Positions 40,309-49,824 of a stretch of DNA of 64,000 nucleotides are shown here, one piece after another. Made by a program: the position numbers and the translations under genes. A model generated the notes under the pieces. It did no database searches and had not been told where the DNA came from. It worked only from the letters and a program-made list of their open reading frames with translations. This DNA is from an uncultured Alphaproteobacteria bacterium (GTDB lineage: Bacteria > Pseudomonadota > Alphaproteobacteria > Sphingomonadales > Sphingomonadaceae): assembly GCA_963815315.1 (NCBI GenBank), contig CAWFFX010000007.1, positions 71,732 through 135,731 on the forward strand, written 5' to 3'. The first letter of the stretch is position 1; each line of letters opens with the position of its first letter.

Positions 40309-41816
40309 TTCGCAGCCCCTTTTGCCAAGGCGGCGGCGCATTCGCGCGCGACTTCCACGTCGTCAAACGGCAAGACCTGCATAGTTTCCCCTGACCCGAT
40401 TATCTGTCCTTGCTCATGGCCTTTCCCGGCGATGAGGATGATGTCGTTTGCACCCGCTGCACCTATCGCGGCGGTGATGGCCGCCCGGCGGTCGGCAACT
40501 TCGCGCACGGTCGCAGCGCCCTGTGCCTCGGTCGCGCCGCGCAGAATTGCGGCGCGGATCGCGCCCGGCTCCTCCCCGCGTGGATTGTCATCGGTGACGA
40601 TTATCGCTTCGGCCGAGCGCGCGGCAACTTCGCCCATGGCCGGGCGTTTGCCCGTATCGCGATCCCCGCCCGCGCCGAACACAGCAATCAGCTTTCCAGC
40701 CTTTGCAGCGTCGACATGCGGGCGCAGCGCGGCAATCGCAGCCTCCAGCGCATCGGGCGTGTGCGCGTAATCGACATAGACAGGCGCACCAGCCGGCGTA
40801 AGGCACGCGCGCTCCAGCCGGCCGCGCACCGGTTGCAACCGCGCCATCGCATCGAACACCTGCGATGCTGGCGATCCGGTCGATAGCGCAAGCGCGCCTG
40901 CGACCAGTGCATTTGCTGCTTGATATTCCCCGATGAGAGGCAATTTGATCGTGCGCGCCTCACCCTCGAATTCGACGGTGAGCGTCTGGCCCAGCTGGCT
41001 TGCGTCGCGTGCGATCAGGCGAAGGAATTCGCCGCCCTCGCCCACGGTCCTGACGGTCAGTCCGCGTGACTTTGCACGGGCGATGGCCTTTTGCGTCCAG
41101 TCATTGCCAGCCGCATCGACATGGATGACAGCCACGGCGCCGGGTTCGAGCACTTCGTCGAACAGCCGCATCTTGGCCTCAAAATAGCCTTCCATCGTGC
41201 CATGATAATCCAGATGGTCACGGCTGAAATTGGTGAAAGCGGCAGCGTTAACCCGCAGACCCTCGTTGCGATATTGCGACAGGCCGTGGCTGGATGCTTC
41301 GTAGGCAACATGGGTCACGCCCTCGCGCGCCAGCCCGCTCATATTGCTTAGGAAGGTGACGATATCGGGCGTGGTCAGCCCCGTCGACAGGCTGCCATCG
41401 GGTGTCGTTACCCCCAAAGTGCCGATGCTGGCCGCGCGTTCCCCGCACATGCGCCAGATCTGACGCGTCATCTCGGCGCACGATGTCTTGCCATTGGTGC
41501 CGGTGATGGCGACGATGGTTTCGGACACCGGCGAAAAGAAGCCCGCAGCCAGTTGCGCGAACACCTGACGGGGTTCCTCGCTGACGATATGCACTGCTCC
41601 TTCCACCTTTGTCTCGGCCCGTGCGACGATTGCGATCGCGCCCGCTTCGATCGCGGCAGGGATGAAGTCCTCGGCGTTGAATTTGGCACCGCGAAACGCG
41701 CCGAACACGGTGCCCGGCGCAACCTTGCGATGGTCGATGGCAAAGCCTGTCACGCGCGCATCTGCGCCGCTGACAAGGCTCATTCCAATCCGGTCTGCCA
41801 GCGCCCCCAGCTTCAC
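40305..41816 (-). CDS. murE: UDP-MurNAc-L-Ala-D-Glu--2,6-diaminopimelate ligase
   Basis: Contains ITGTNGKTS and DYAHTPDAL. Confidence 0.9.
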   Translation of the reverse strand: MKLGALADRIGMSLVSGADARVTGFAIDHRKVAPGTVFGAFRGAKFNAEDFIPAAIEAGAIAIVARAETKVEGAVHIVSEEPRQVFAQLAAGFFSPVSETIVAITGTNGKTSCAEMTRQIWRMCGERAASIGTLGVTTPDGSLSTGLTTPDIVTFLSNMSGLAREGVTHVAYEASSHGLSQYRNEGLRVNAAAFTNFSRDHLDYHGTMEGYFEAKMRLFDEVLEPGAVAVIHVDAAGNDWTQKAIARAKSRGLTVRTVGEGGEFLRLIARDASQLGQTLTVEFEGEARTIKLPLIGEYQAANALVAGALALSTGSPASQVFDAMARLQPVRGRLERACLTPAGAPVYVDYAHTPDALEAAIAALRPHVDAAKAGKLIAVFGAGGDRDTGKRPAMGEVAARSAEAIIVTDDNPRGEEPGAIRAAILRGATEAQGAATVREVADRRAAITAAIGAAGANDIILIAGKGHEQGQIIGSGETMQVLPFDDVEVARECAAALAKGAAK

Positions 41817-43696
41817 TTGCGGCCCTCCACCAGATAGCGCAGATCGCTAATATCCACATCGCGGGTGTTGTCCGGCCGCACGCCCAGCATCGGTCCTGCA
41901 CGGCGGATCAGATTGCCAACAATCGGCGCCGCATTATAGGCCGCTGTGCGCCCCGGTATGGCCTGCGTGATCTTTGGCTCGTCCAATGTCACCACCACCA
42001 CATAGCGCGGGCGATCCATTGGAAAAGCAGAGGCAAAGGTCGTAATGAGCTTGCTTTTCACGTAGCGGCCATTGACCAGCTTTTCCGCAGAGCCGGTCTT
42101 TCCGCCGACGCGAAAACCGTCTGCGTTTGCTTTTCTGCCGGTGCCATATATCGCCACCATCCGCAGCAGCTGGCGCATCCGGTGCGAGGTCGAAGCCTTG
42201 AACACTCGTTTGCCCGGATTGGCCTTGCCCGGCTCTGCCTTCAGCAGCGTTGCCTGACGAAAAATGCCACCATTCACCATCGCGGCATAGGCGTTGGCCA
42301 GATGCATTGGCGTTACGGAAAGGCCGTGACCGTATCCCACCGTCATGGTCGTGAGTTTAGACCATTTGCCGCGCGGCCAATACGGTTGCCCGCGTGCCTG
42401 CAATTCGATCTCTGGCGCGTGGTCCATCCCCAGGTCCATCATCACCCGGCGCAGCTTTTCCCCGCCCAGCGTATCTGCCACGCGCATCGTCACGGTGTTG
42501 GAGGAATAGGCCAGCGTTTGCGGAATATTCAGCCGCGCGCCTTTATCGTCATGGTCCTTGAAACTGCGCTTGGCGACCTGGACGGGGCTGGCGTCCCAGT
42601 TCTTGCTCAGATCGTTCACCACTCCCGCATCCAGCGCGGCGGCAACGGTCAACGGCTTGAACACCGATCCCAGTTCGCCGGTAACGTAAGTGGCGCGGTT
42701 ATTGGTGTTGTCCTTGTCCTGCGGAGAGATACGGTTGGGGTCGAAATCGGGCAACGATGCCATCGCCAGAACTTCTCCGGTATCCACGTCCAGCACGATG
42801 CCCGCTGCGCCGTTAGCCTGCGCGGCTTTCATCCCGCGGCCCATCTCGTCTTCCAGCGCGCCCTGCACGCGCACATCAATGGATAGCGCGACGGGCTGCG
42901 CGCGCTTGGCCTCATCGCTCAGCCTTGCATTAAGCGTCTGCTCCATCCCGAACGCGCCCACGCTGACGCCGCGATCATCCTCGATCACTCGGCCAAGAAC
43001 GTGCGCTGCCAGTTTGCCCTGCGGATAGTGACGATCGGGAAACTCCGGCGTCTGCACCGCAGGCTCGCCCAAACTCCAGACCTTGTTTGCATCTTCAGGC
43101 AGCACGCGGCGGCGCAGAAAGGTCGGCTTGCCATTGGCCAGCAGCCGGGCGGTCTTTGCCTCGTTCAGATCGGGGAAAATCGCCTTCAGATCGCGCGCAA
43201 CCTCGGCCGGGGTCCGGACCAGTGCCGATCCACCATCGTCTCCCATCGCATCGGGATAGAAATACAGCGAGAGCGCCGGATATCCCAATGCCAGCGGGGC
43301 GCCATTGCGATCGGTGATTTCCCCGCGCGGCGGCACCAGATCGGTCGAGACCGGACCGCGCGAAGAGCTCCGACCCTCAATCCCGAACCAGGTGATCTGC
43401 ACCAGCGCGACCAGAGCCAGTGCAGAAAAGATCAGGATCAGCCAGAAAATGCGTTTTTGCGCGCAGAGTAGCAGGCGCAGCCGCATTTCCATCAGGTTGA
43501 TGCGGCCCGCCGGTGAATGCGCAGGTGTGGAGGAGCGCGGGCCAGCCGGCTGCACAAACGGATTGGTTACGCCAATACCGCCGGAATTGGGCGCGGGCAC
43601 AATTGCGCCACGTTTGCCAGACTTGCCCGAAAGATCGGGCAGCCGGTCAAACAGCCCCGGCTGCGCGGGACCGAGGGTTCGCGCGCTGGCGCTCAT
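41813..43696 (-). CDS. ftsI: Peptidoglycan D,D-transpeptidase FtsI (PBP3)
   Basis: Has an N-terminal TM helix, then the SxxK motif (GSVFKP), the SxN motif (YSSN) and the KTG motif (GGKTGSA). Confidence 0.9.
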   Translation of the reverse strand: MSASARTLGPAQPGLFDRLPDLSGKSGKRGAIVPAPNSGGIGVTNPFVQPAGPRSSTPAHSPAGRINLMEMRLRLLLCAQKRIFWLILIFSALALVALVQITWFGIEGRSSSRGPVSTDLVPPRGEITDRNGAPLALGYPALSLYFYPDAMGDDGGSALVRTPAEVARDLKAIFPDLNEAKTARLLANGKPTFLRRRVLPEDANKVWSLGEPAVQTPEFPDRHYPQGKLAAHVLGRVIEDDRGVSVGAFGMEQTLNARLSDEAKRAQPVALSIDVRVQGALEDEMGRGMKAAQANGAAGIVLDVDTGEVLAMASLPDFDPNRISPQDKDNTNNRATYVTGELGSVFKPLTVAAALDAGVVNDLSKNWDASPVQVAKRSFKDHDDKGARLNIPQTLAYSSNTVTMRVADTLGGEKLRRVMMDLGMDHAPEIELQARGQPYWPRGKWSKLTTMTVGYGHGLSVTPMHLANAYAAMVNGGIFRQATLLKAEPGKANPGKRVFKASTSHRMRQLLRMVAIYGTGRKANADGFRVGGKTGSAEKLVNGRYVKSKLITTFASAFPMDRPRYVVVVTLDEPKITQAIPGRTAAYNAAPIVGNLIRRAGPMLGVRPDNTRDVDISDLRYLVEGRK

Positions 43697-44265
43697 TCCT
43701 GGCTCTCGGCAGCAAAGCGGCGGGTGCCGGTTCCAGTCTGCGCCTTGGCCTGGCGGATCGGTGACGCCTCTATCAGGATATCGCCAAACGCTTCGGCAAA
43801 GGCACTGCCGGGCACTTCATCGGTGTTGGCAGCAGCCAACGTTACGCGTGCGCCGGATACCGGAGAGGTCATCTCACGGGTCGCACGGTCGCGCGCATCT
43901 CTGGCATCGGCGAATGCCGCTTTCGCCCGAGCCACGCGGATCGGAGAAGGTGCGCCGGGTCCGACAGGCTGACCAAGTGCTGCGATGTCGCGACGGCTTT
44001 CCAGATATTGATCGGCGCGCGGTGCCTCGTATCCCAGGTCCACCCTGTTCCAGTGGGCCAGCTGGTGCTGATTGGCACGCGCCTGAAATTCGGTTTCCAG
44101 CCGCTGTTTCCTGATCTTCAGTCGGACGATCTCGCGTTCGGCCAGAACCACTTCGTTGCGCACTGCATGCACGGTTACGCTGAACACCACGAACATCGCG
44201 ATGCACACGGCCAGCACTACAGTCCAACCCACCTGACGGCGGCGCGATCCTGTCATCGTCATCAC
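43693..44265 (-). CDS. ftsL: Cell division protein FtsL-like (bitopic, coiled-coil)
   Basis: One TM helix ([17 protein letters not shown]) is followed by a heptad-like region ([17 protein letters not shown]). It sits between rsmH and ftsI. The call rests on position and architecture only. Confidence 0.6.
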   Translation of the reverse strand: MMTMTGSRRRQVGWTVVLAVCIAMFVVFSVTVHAVRNEVVLAEREIVRLKIRKQRLETEFQARANQHQLAHWNRVDLGYEAPRADQYLESRRDIAALGQPVGPGAPSPIRVARAKAAFADARDARDRATREMTSPVSGARVTLAAANTDEVPGSAFAEAFGDILIEASPIRQAKAQTGTGTRRFAAESQE

Positions 44266-45209
44266 ATGATCCTTGTCTGGCTGGAGTTGGCGGGGGCGGC
44301 GGTGCGAACGGCGTATCGCAGCACCGATGATCGGCTGCGCGGATTGCGATCGATTTCAGCCGGGGACGGGCGGATCGCCTTGGAAAGCTTCGCGAAGGTC
44401 GGGGGCGGACCCGCGATTTCTCCGGGAAGATGGCGCGACACGGTGCGGCCACCTCCGGATGCATCGCGCAGGAAACGTTTGACGATGCGGTCTTCAAGAC
44501 TGTGGAAGCTGACCACGGCCAGAACCCCGCCCTCGCGCAGCAATGCCTGCGCCGCGATCAGCCCTTCGCGCAATTCGCCCAGTTCGTCGTTCACGTGGAT
44601 ACGCACCGCCTGAAAGCTGCGGGTGGCGGGGTCTTTCTTGTCATGCGGGCGGTATCCCAGCGCGCGGCGCACCACGCGGGCAAGATCGCCAGTCGTCTCA
44701 AGCGGACGCGCGGCAACGATGGCGCGCGCAACGCGGCGTGACTGGCGCTCCTCCCCATATTCGTAAAGCACATCTGCAATTGCCGCTTCATCGGCGGTGT
44801 TGAGGAAATCCGCCGCGCTTTCTCCGGCTTGGCTCATCCGCATGTCCAGCGGGCCATCCTGAGAGAATGCAAACCCGCGTGATCCCTGATCGAGCTGCAT
44901 CGAGGAAACGCCGATATCCATCACCACCGCGTCCACTTCGGGCACGCCAAGCCGCGTCATCTCTTCGCGCATGGCTGAAAACCGGTGCGGATGCAGCGAC
45001 AGCATCCCGTCAAATTCCGCCACCATCGCGGCGGCGTCGCGCACGGCATCGGGATCACGATCAAACGCATGGACGCGCGCGCCTGCATTCAGCAGCGCGC
45101 GCGAATATCCGCCTGCGCCAAACGTCGCATCGACCACGATCATCCCCGGTGCAGGCCGGACAGCGGCGACAACCTCATCCAGCAGGACGGGGATATGGGG
45201 CGCGCTCAT
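44262..45209 (-). CDS. rsmH: 16S rRNA (cytosine1402-N4)-methyltransferase
   Basis: Contains HIPVLLDEV and [11 protein letters not shown]. Confidence 0.9.
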   Translation of the reverse strand: MSAPHIPVLLDEVVAAVRPAPGMIVVDATFGAGGYSRALLNAGARVHAFDRDPDAVRDAAAMVAEFDGMLSLHPHRFSAMREEMTRLGVPEVDAVVMDIGVSSMQLDQGSRGFAFSQDGPLDMRMSQAGESAADFLNTADEAAIADVLYEYGEERQSRRVARAIVAARPLETTGDLARVVRRALGYRPHDKKDPATRSFQAVRIHVNDELGELREGLIAAQALLREGGVLAVVSFHSLEDRIVKRFLRDASGGGRTVSRHLPGEIAGPPPTFAKLSKAIRPSPAEIDRNPRSRSSVLRYAVRTAAPANSSQTRIM

Positions 45210-45736
45210 GACTTGGCGCCTTTCGACTTGCCCTTAGCGTCAGCCTCGGCGATCAGGCTGGCGCAGGCGGCCTTCGCGCTTTCCCAGCCATCGCCCATTT
45301 TTTCCAGCTGAGCGGGGTTCCAGATCGAGAAGAAGCGTCCAGCGCCCTGAAAATACAGACCATCGTCGATATCGGCGAGATCGCGCAGATATTCCGGCAT
45401 GATGAAACGGCCACTGTCATCGAAGGGCACTTCGACAAAGCCGAAAAGCTGGGAGGAGCGTTCGTCCCAGTCAAAATCGCGGCCCAGCCGCATTGCGCGC
45501 TCTTCTTCTTTTTCGAGCTGCGCGTCGAGTTCGTCCTTGCGCGACAGGCCAAAGCCGATGAGGCAATCCCAGCGCTCATGCTTGGCAAGGCACAGGATCT
45601 TGGAGCCCTCGCCGCTTTCTTTCACAGCCTTGCGGAACAGCGGCGGCAAGACAAAGCGGCCCTTATCGCCAGCAGGCGAAAAGGCTTGACCGCTATATCC
45701 TCCAAAAGCCGACACGCTGGCCGCTCCCCTTCCCAT
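45206..45736 (-). CDS. mraZ: Transcriptional regulator MraZ
   Basis: Has two SpoVT/AbrB-like halves with DKGRFVLP and DSGRFIMP. I prefer the ATG at 45736. The longer track ORF would need a TTG start at 45859. Confidence 0.8.
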   Translation of the reverse strand: MGRGAASVSAFGGYSGQAFSPAGDKGRFVLPPLFRKAVKESGEGSKILCLAKHERWDCLIGFGLSRKDELDAQLEKEEERAMRLGRDFDWDERSSQLFGFVEVPFDDSGRFIMPEYLRDLADIDDGLYFQGAGRFFSIWNPAQLEKMGDGWESAKAACASLIAEADAKGKSKGAKS

Positions 45737-45923
45737 TCTCCCCCGGATCGGTCCCCAGTGATCGACCCGGCGATCAAACCTGCCAGTGCGAGGGCGCGAG
45801 GCCCCGGAACACAGCTCTCCCGTCGCCACCCGCGCGGTAAAGCGAGAGCGGCGCGTCAATCGAAACGACGACGCGAGGCATGCAGTCAGGTTTGATGCAG
45901 TCCCGGTGATATCCGGGAACTAT

Positions 45924-45958
45924 CGGGGTTTCTAGGTAAAATTTGGGGATTTTTGGGG
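45924..45958. promoter_or_regulatory. Phased direct repeats (cGGGGt / tAGGTa / tGGGGa / tGGGGa, 10-bp period), a candidate MraZ operator in the dcw promoter region
   Basis: TGGGG occurs at 45944 and 45954, CGGGG at 45924, and a degenerate TAGGT at 45933-45937. All lie in an AT-rich tract upstream of mraZ. Confidence 0.4.
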
Positions 45959-46168
45959 ATGAAGCGGTAAAGTTATGTTTTGATTAAGTTTATTTGCGCC
46001 GTAAATCGTTAACCATCGCCTCCGCTACCTTGGCTACCCCGCAGGTATGTGCCCTAAATGCCTCTCTTCATGGCGGTTTCCCGCCTGATTCCCAATTCGG
46101 CGACTCCGCTGCTGGCAATCCTAGCGAGATTTCCCGTGCCATCCCCAACGCAGCCGTGTGCGCGGCAA

Positions 46169-46991
46169 TCAGCGATCATCTTCCGGGAATGCAAACCGCA
46201 ACAGCGTAAGGATCGCCGCACCGTTTTCGCCTGCCAGTTCGCGATCTTCGAATACCGCCGCATCAGCCAGCAAGGTGACGGTGCCCTTGCCCACTTTGCA
46301 TTTCATGATCGGGGTTGGCGCTGTTTGCGAACAATAGGGTCCGCTCGATCCGATTTCGCCTGCCAATTGAACCGGGATTTCCCCGATATCCACTGCCGCA
46401 GCCTTCAGAACTCACTGGGCGCGGAGCATCACTCTGCCCCTCGTCAAAGCTGACCTCCAGACCCCAGCGAGCGACAATCGGCGGGATCAGCGCGCTGTCC
46501 GTCGGCCTTCGCGGATCACCCAGAGCGAAATCATATTGCCCGGTCAGCGCGGGATCGAGCACCAGCAGCAATTGCCCGCCCTTGCGCACCCAATCATCCA
46601 GTGCGACATTGTCTGCAGGCGACAGCCCGCGCGGCTGGATTACTGCGATGTGGCTCAGCCTTTGAAGCGGATCGATTTCAGCATCGCCCTCACCAATCGG
46701 CGCAATCGGCGACAGCGTATCGAGCGGAGAGATGACAAAGCGCCGCTCGATCACGGTTCGACCCCACGGCGATGGAATGTTGCCCGAAGCGATCTGGGCA
46801 AAATCGGCGTCCAGCGGCCAGTAAAGCGGGAGGCTGGTCATCAGACCCAGCGTTTGCCGATCGTTCGTGTGACTGGTGGCATCGGATACTGGCGCGTCAG
46901 CGCCCTTTCCGCCTGCAGGATCGGCCCCGCACCCGGCCAGCAAAAGGCTTGCGAAAAGCACCGCGACGCGGGCTAGACGCCTAATCGTCAT
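46169..46991 (-). pseudogene. Secreted lipoprotein of unrecognised family, with the reading frame apparently broken near 46390-46415
   Basis: The ATG at 46991 gives MTIRRLARVAVLFASLLLAGC, which has a lipobox. This frame decays into a low-quality tail (SSEGCGSGYRGNPGSIGRRNR...). A second frame, track ORF 46169..46393, carries a protein-like continuation (VDIGEIPVQLAGEIGSS...KVGKGTVTLLADAAVFEDRELAGENGAAILTLLRF). Confidence 0.55.
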
Positions 46992-47481
46992 CCCGGTCCG
47001 TGCGCGGTCTGGTTGGCGGGGTGTCAGGCACGGTGAGCCGTCGCTGCGATCGTGGCTGGTTTGCCCGTCCGCCTGCATTTCCCTGACCCCCAATGGTTTG
47101 GGCTCCATTCGGCTGGTCCGCATTCGTCGGGTCGGTTTCGTTCGTGATATCTGGCACGACGCCCGCATCGGCCAGCGGATCGCGCTGCGCAGGCGCGTCG
47201 GTAGGCTCCGTGGTAGGCGCCGCATCCGGCACGGCATCCAGTTCCGCCTTGCTCGCCTGACCGCCAATGGCATCGGCCAGTCCAACCAGCAGGATCATCG
47301 CAAAAACACCCGTGATGCCGATCTGCAACCGCTGTACTGCTTGGGCCCGCGTCCCGCCGAGCGGTGCGGCATCGGGGGCAGCATCAGGCGTCTTTGGGCC
47401 ATGATCGGTGCTGGTGCCGGAACGCTGCCACGCACCGGGCACCTTGTTACCGAACCTTCCGAAAAGATCGCGCGCTACCAT
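46981..47481 (-). CDS. Hypothetical single-pass membrane protein, Pro/Asp/Thr-rich
   Basis: The ATG at 47481 lies 13 nt after the cysK-like stop. One TM helix (IGITGVFAMILLVGLADAI). The 3' end overlaps the lipoprotein start by 11 nt. No family recognised. Confidence 0.45.
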   Translation of the reverse strand: MVARDLFGRFGNKVPGAWQRSGTSTDHGPKTPDAAPDAAPLGGTRAQAVQRLQIGITGVFAMILLVGLADAIGGQASKAELDAVPDAAPTTEPTDAPAQRDPLADAGVVPDITNETDPTNADQPNGAQTIGGQGNAGGRANQPRSQRRLTVPDTPPTRPRTDRDDD

Positions 47482-47493
47482 TGGTTTGACCTA

Positions 47494-48543
47494 TCAGCCC
47501 TCAGGCGAATGCGCCAGCATCTGGTCTGGGTTCCGATCCAGCCAATCGAATACCGGCAGACCCTTCGCCTCCAGCCAATCCGCATTGTAGAGCGTGGAGA
47601 GATAGCGAAAACCGGTGTCGCACAGGATCGTTGCGACTTGCGGCACAGGCTCACGTCGCTCGGCCACCAATTGCTGCCCCAGCGCCACCGCTCCCGCCAC
47701 GTTGATGCCGGACGAAAGGCCAAGACACAGCCCTTCCTCGCGCAGCAGTCGGCGCACCCATTCCAGCCCTTCCTCGTCCGAGATGCGGAACTGCGTATCG
47801 ATCAGTGCACCTTCGAGATTGCCGGTGATGCGGCCCTGACCGATCCCCTCGGCAACCGAAGACCCTTCGGCCTTCAACTCTCCGTGGGCGTAGTAATTAT
47901 AAAGCGCCGCCCCATGCGGATCGGTCAGCGCGATGCGGATATCGGGGTTCTTTTCCTTCAGCCCCAGACCGACGCCCGCAATCGTGCCGCCAGTGCCCGC
48001 CGCGCAGGTAAACCCGGTGATGGTGCCGCCGGTCTGTTCCCACAGTTCGCGCGCTGTGCCCTCGATATGGGCGCGGCGATTGGCGACATTGTCGAATTGA
48101 CCGGCCCAAACCGCGCCTTCGGTTTCCTCTGCCATCCGGCGCGAAACGTGCTGAAAATGCGCAGGGTCGGAATACTTCGTCGGCGGAACCAGAACCAGAT
48201 GCGCACCCAGCGCCCGCAGCGTATCCATCTTCTCGCGCGACTGGTTATCGGGCATGACGATGATCGTCTTGTACCCCAGCGCATTGGCGACCAGCGCGAT
48301 GCCAATACCGGTGTTACCCGCCGTCCCCTCGATCACGGTGCCGCCGGGCTGCAATTCGCCGCGCGCCTCTGCATCGCGGATCATATACAGCGCCGCGCGG
48401 TCCTTCACGCTGGAGCCGGGGTTGGCGAATTCGCACTTGCCCCAGATATCGCAGCCCGCAGCCGCGCTGGGCCCGGCAAGACGCACGAGTGGCGTGTTGC
48501 CGATCAGGGACAGGGTATCGCCGAAAGGTTTGGTGATATTCAT
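47494..48543 (-). CDS. cysK: PLP-dependent cysteine synthase family protein (CysK/CBS-like)
   Basis: Contains NPGSSVKDRAA (PLP lysine), EGTAGNTGIG and GTGGTIAG. Starts at the ATG at 48543 (MNITKPF...). Confidence 0.8.
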   Translation of the reverse strand: MNITKPFGDTLSLIGNTPLVRLAGPSAAAGCDIWGKCEFANPGSSVKDRAALYMIRDAEARGELQPGGTVIEGTAGNTGIGIALVANALGYKTIIVMPDNQSREKMDTLRALGAHLVLVPPTKYSDPAHFQHVSRRMAEETEGAVWAGQFDNVANRRAHIEGTARELWEQTGGTITGFTCAAGTGGTIAGVGLGLKEKNPDIRIALTDPHGAALYNYYAHGELKAEGSSVAEGIGQGRITGNLEGALIDTQFRISDEEGLEWVRRLLREEGLCLGLSSGINVAGAVALGQQLVAERREPVPQVATILCDTGFRYLSTLYNADWLEAKGLPVFDWLDRNPDQMLAHSPEG

Positions 48544-48585
48544 GGGGCGCGATTTAGGTGCGCCCTGCTCCCTGCGCAATCAACA

Positions 48586-48903
48586 TTAATCTTCAGGAGC
48601 GATAGTCACCTTCATCCCGTCGAGCTCGGCGGTGAATGCCACTTGGCACGAAAGGCGGGAGTTTTCCTGTCGATGATCGCTCGATTCCAGCAGGTCGTCC
48701 TCGTCCTCGCTAACCGCCGAAGTCTTGTCCATGAATGCCGGATCGACATAGACGTGGCACGTCGCACAAGAACAGCACCCGCCGCACAGCGCCAGAAGCT
48801 CATCAAACCCGTTGTCGCGGATCGCTTCCATCACGGTGAGTCCGTTTTCGACGTCGATCTCGCTTGTCTCACCATCGCGATTGGTAACGATCAGCTTGGG
48901 CAT
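48586..48903 (-). CDS. 2Fe-2S ferredoxin, adrenodoxin/putidaredoxin type
   Basis: Begins [12 protein letters not shown] and contains the cluster ligand region [12 protein letters not shown] plus a later LSCQV. AGGAAG lies upstream of the ATG at 48903. Confidence 0.85.
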   Translation of the reverse strand: MPKLIVTNRDGETSEIDVENGLTVMEAIRDNGFDELLALCGGCCSCATCHVYVDPAFMDKTSAVSEDEDDLLESSDHRQENSRLSCQVAFTAELDGMKVTIAPED

Positions 48904-49061
48904 GGGCGTCTCTTCCTTTGTTTCCGGGTTGGATATGTTGGGCGCAATTGACGCGCTATCGGACAAACAGGCAGGCTGCTAGGATGTTCTGGCGGGCAGC
49001 GCAACTGCCTGCGCGCTCGCAATCGTGCGGGCAACCGATCAGCATTTACAAGGCAAAGTCG

Positions 49062-49679
49062 ATGGGATTGACTGCAGCGCGGATAAAGGAAGGGCTCGAC
49101 ACTCTGGCGCAAACCGATGCGCGGGTCGCACAGCAGCTGGACCGGGTGGGCTATCCCGCAGCACGCCTGCGCGATCCCGGTTTCAAGACGCTGCTGCGCA
49201 CGATTGTGGGTCAGCAAGTCAGCGTCGCGGCGGCGTCTTCGATGTGGAACAAGCTGGAGGCGGAACTGGGCGCTGATTTCACCCCCGCCTGCCTGCTTGA
49301 ACGCGATTTCGACAGTTTGCGCGCCTGCGGGCTTTCGCGGCAGAAACAGGGCTATGCCCGGTCGCTGAGCGAGCTCGTGCAAGCAGGCGCAATCGATTTC
49401 GGCGCCATGCCACAGGACGATGAAGAGGCCATCGCACTGCTGACGCAGATCAAGGGGATCGGGCGGTGGTCAGCGGAGATATATCTGCTGTTTGCCGAGG
49501 GCCGCGCCGACATCTGGCCAGCGGGCGATCTGGCAGTGCAGGAAGGCGTGAGGCGGCTGCTGGAACTGGACGAGCGCCCTGGAGAAAAGGAAACGCGCGA
49601 ACTGGGCGCACAATGGTCCCCCCACCGCGGTCCGATGGCAATTTTCACCTGGCATTATTATGCCAACCCCGCGCTTTGA
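49062..49679 (+). CDS. DNA-3-methyladenine glycosylase II-like (HhH-GPD family)
   Basis: Contains IVGQQVSVAAA, the HhH motif IKGIGRWSAEIYLLF, and the downstream GDLAVQ, which holds the catalytic Asp region. Confidence 0.8.
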   Translation: MGLTAARIKEGLDTLAQTDARVAQQLDRVGYPAARLRDPGFKTLLRTIVGQQVSVAAASSMWNKLEAELGADFTPACLLERDFDSLRACGLSRQKQGYARSLSELVQAGAIDFGAMPQDDEEAIALLTQIKGIGRWSAEIYLLFAEGRADIWPAGDLAVQEGVRRLLELDERPGEKETRELGAQWSPHRGPMAIFTWHYYANPAL

Positions 49680-49824
49680 CCCGATTGAAACACCTCCCTC
49701 CTGCGTCTTTGGCGCTTCACAGGTTGGGCAGGCTGAATCACCCTCTTGCCTCAGTGAGCAATAGGCGTATTGTCTGACCAACACACCCTTCCATGATGGT
49801 TGAAATCGAGAGGAGCCCCCACCC

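Noticed and set aside
46876-48951. 691-aa plus-strand ORF over the cysK and ferredoxin region.
   Set aside because: - It is antisense to a cysteine-synthase-family gene with intact PLP motifs and to a 2Fe-2S ferredoxin.
- Its translation is Arg-rich with no motifs.
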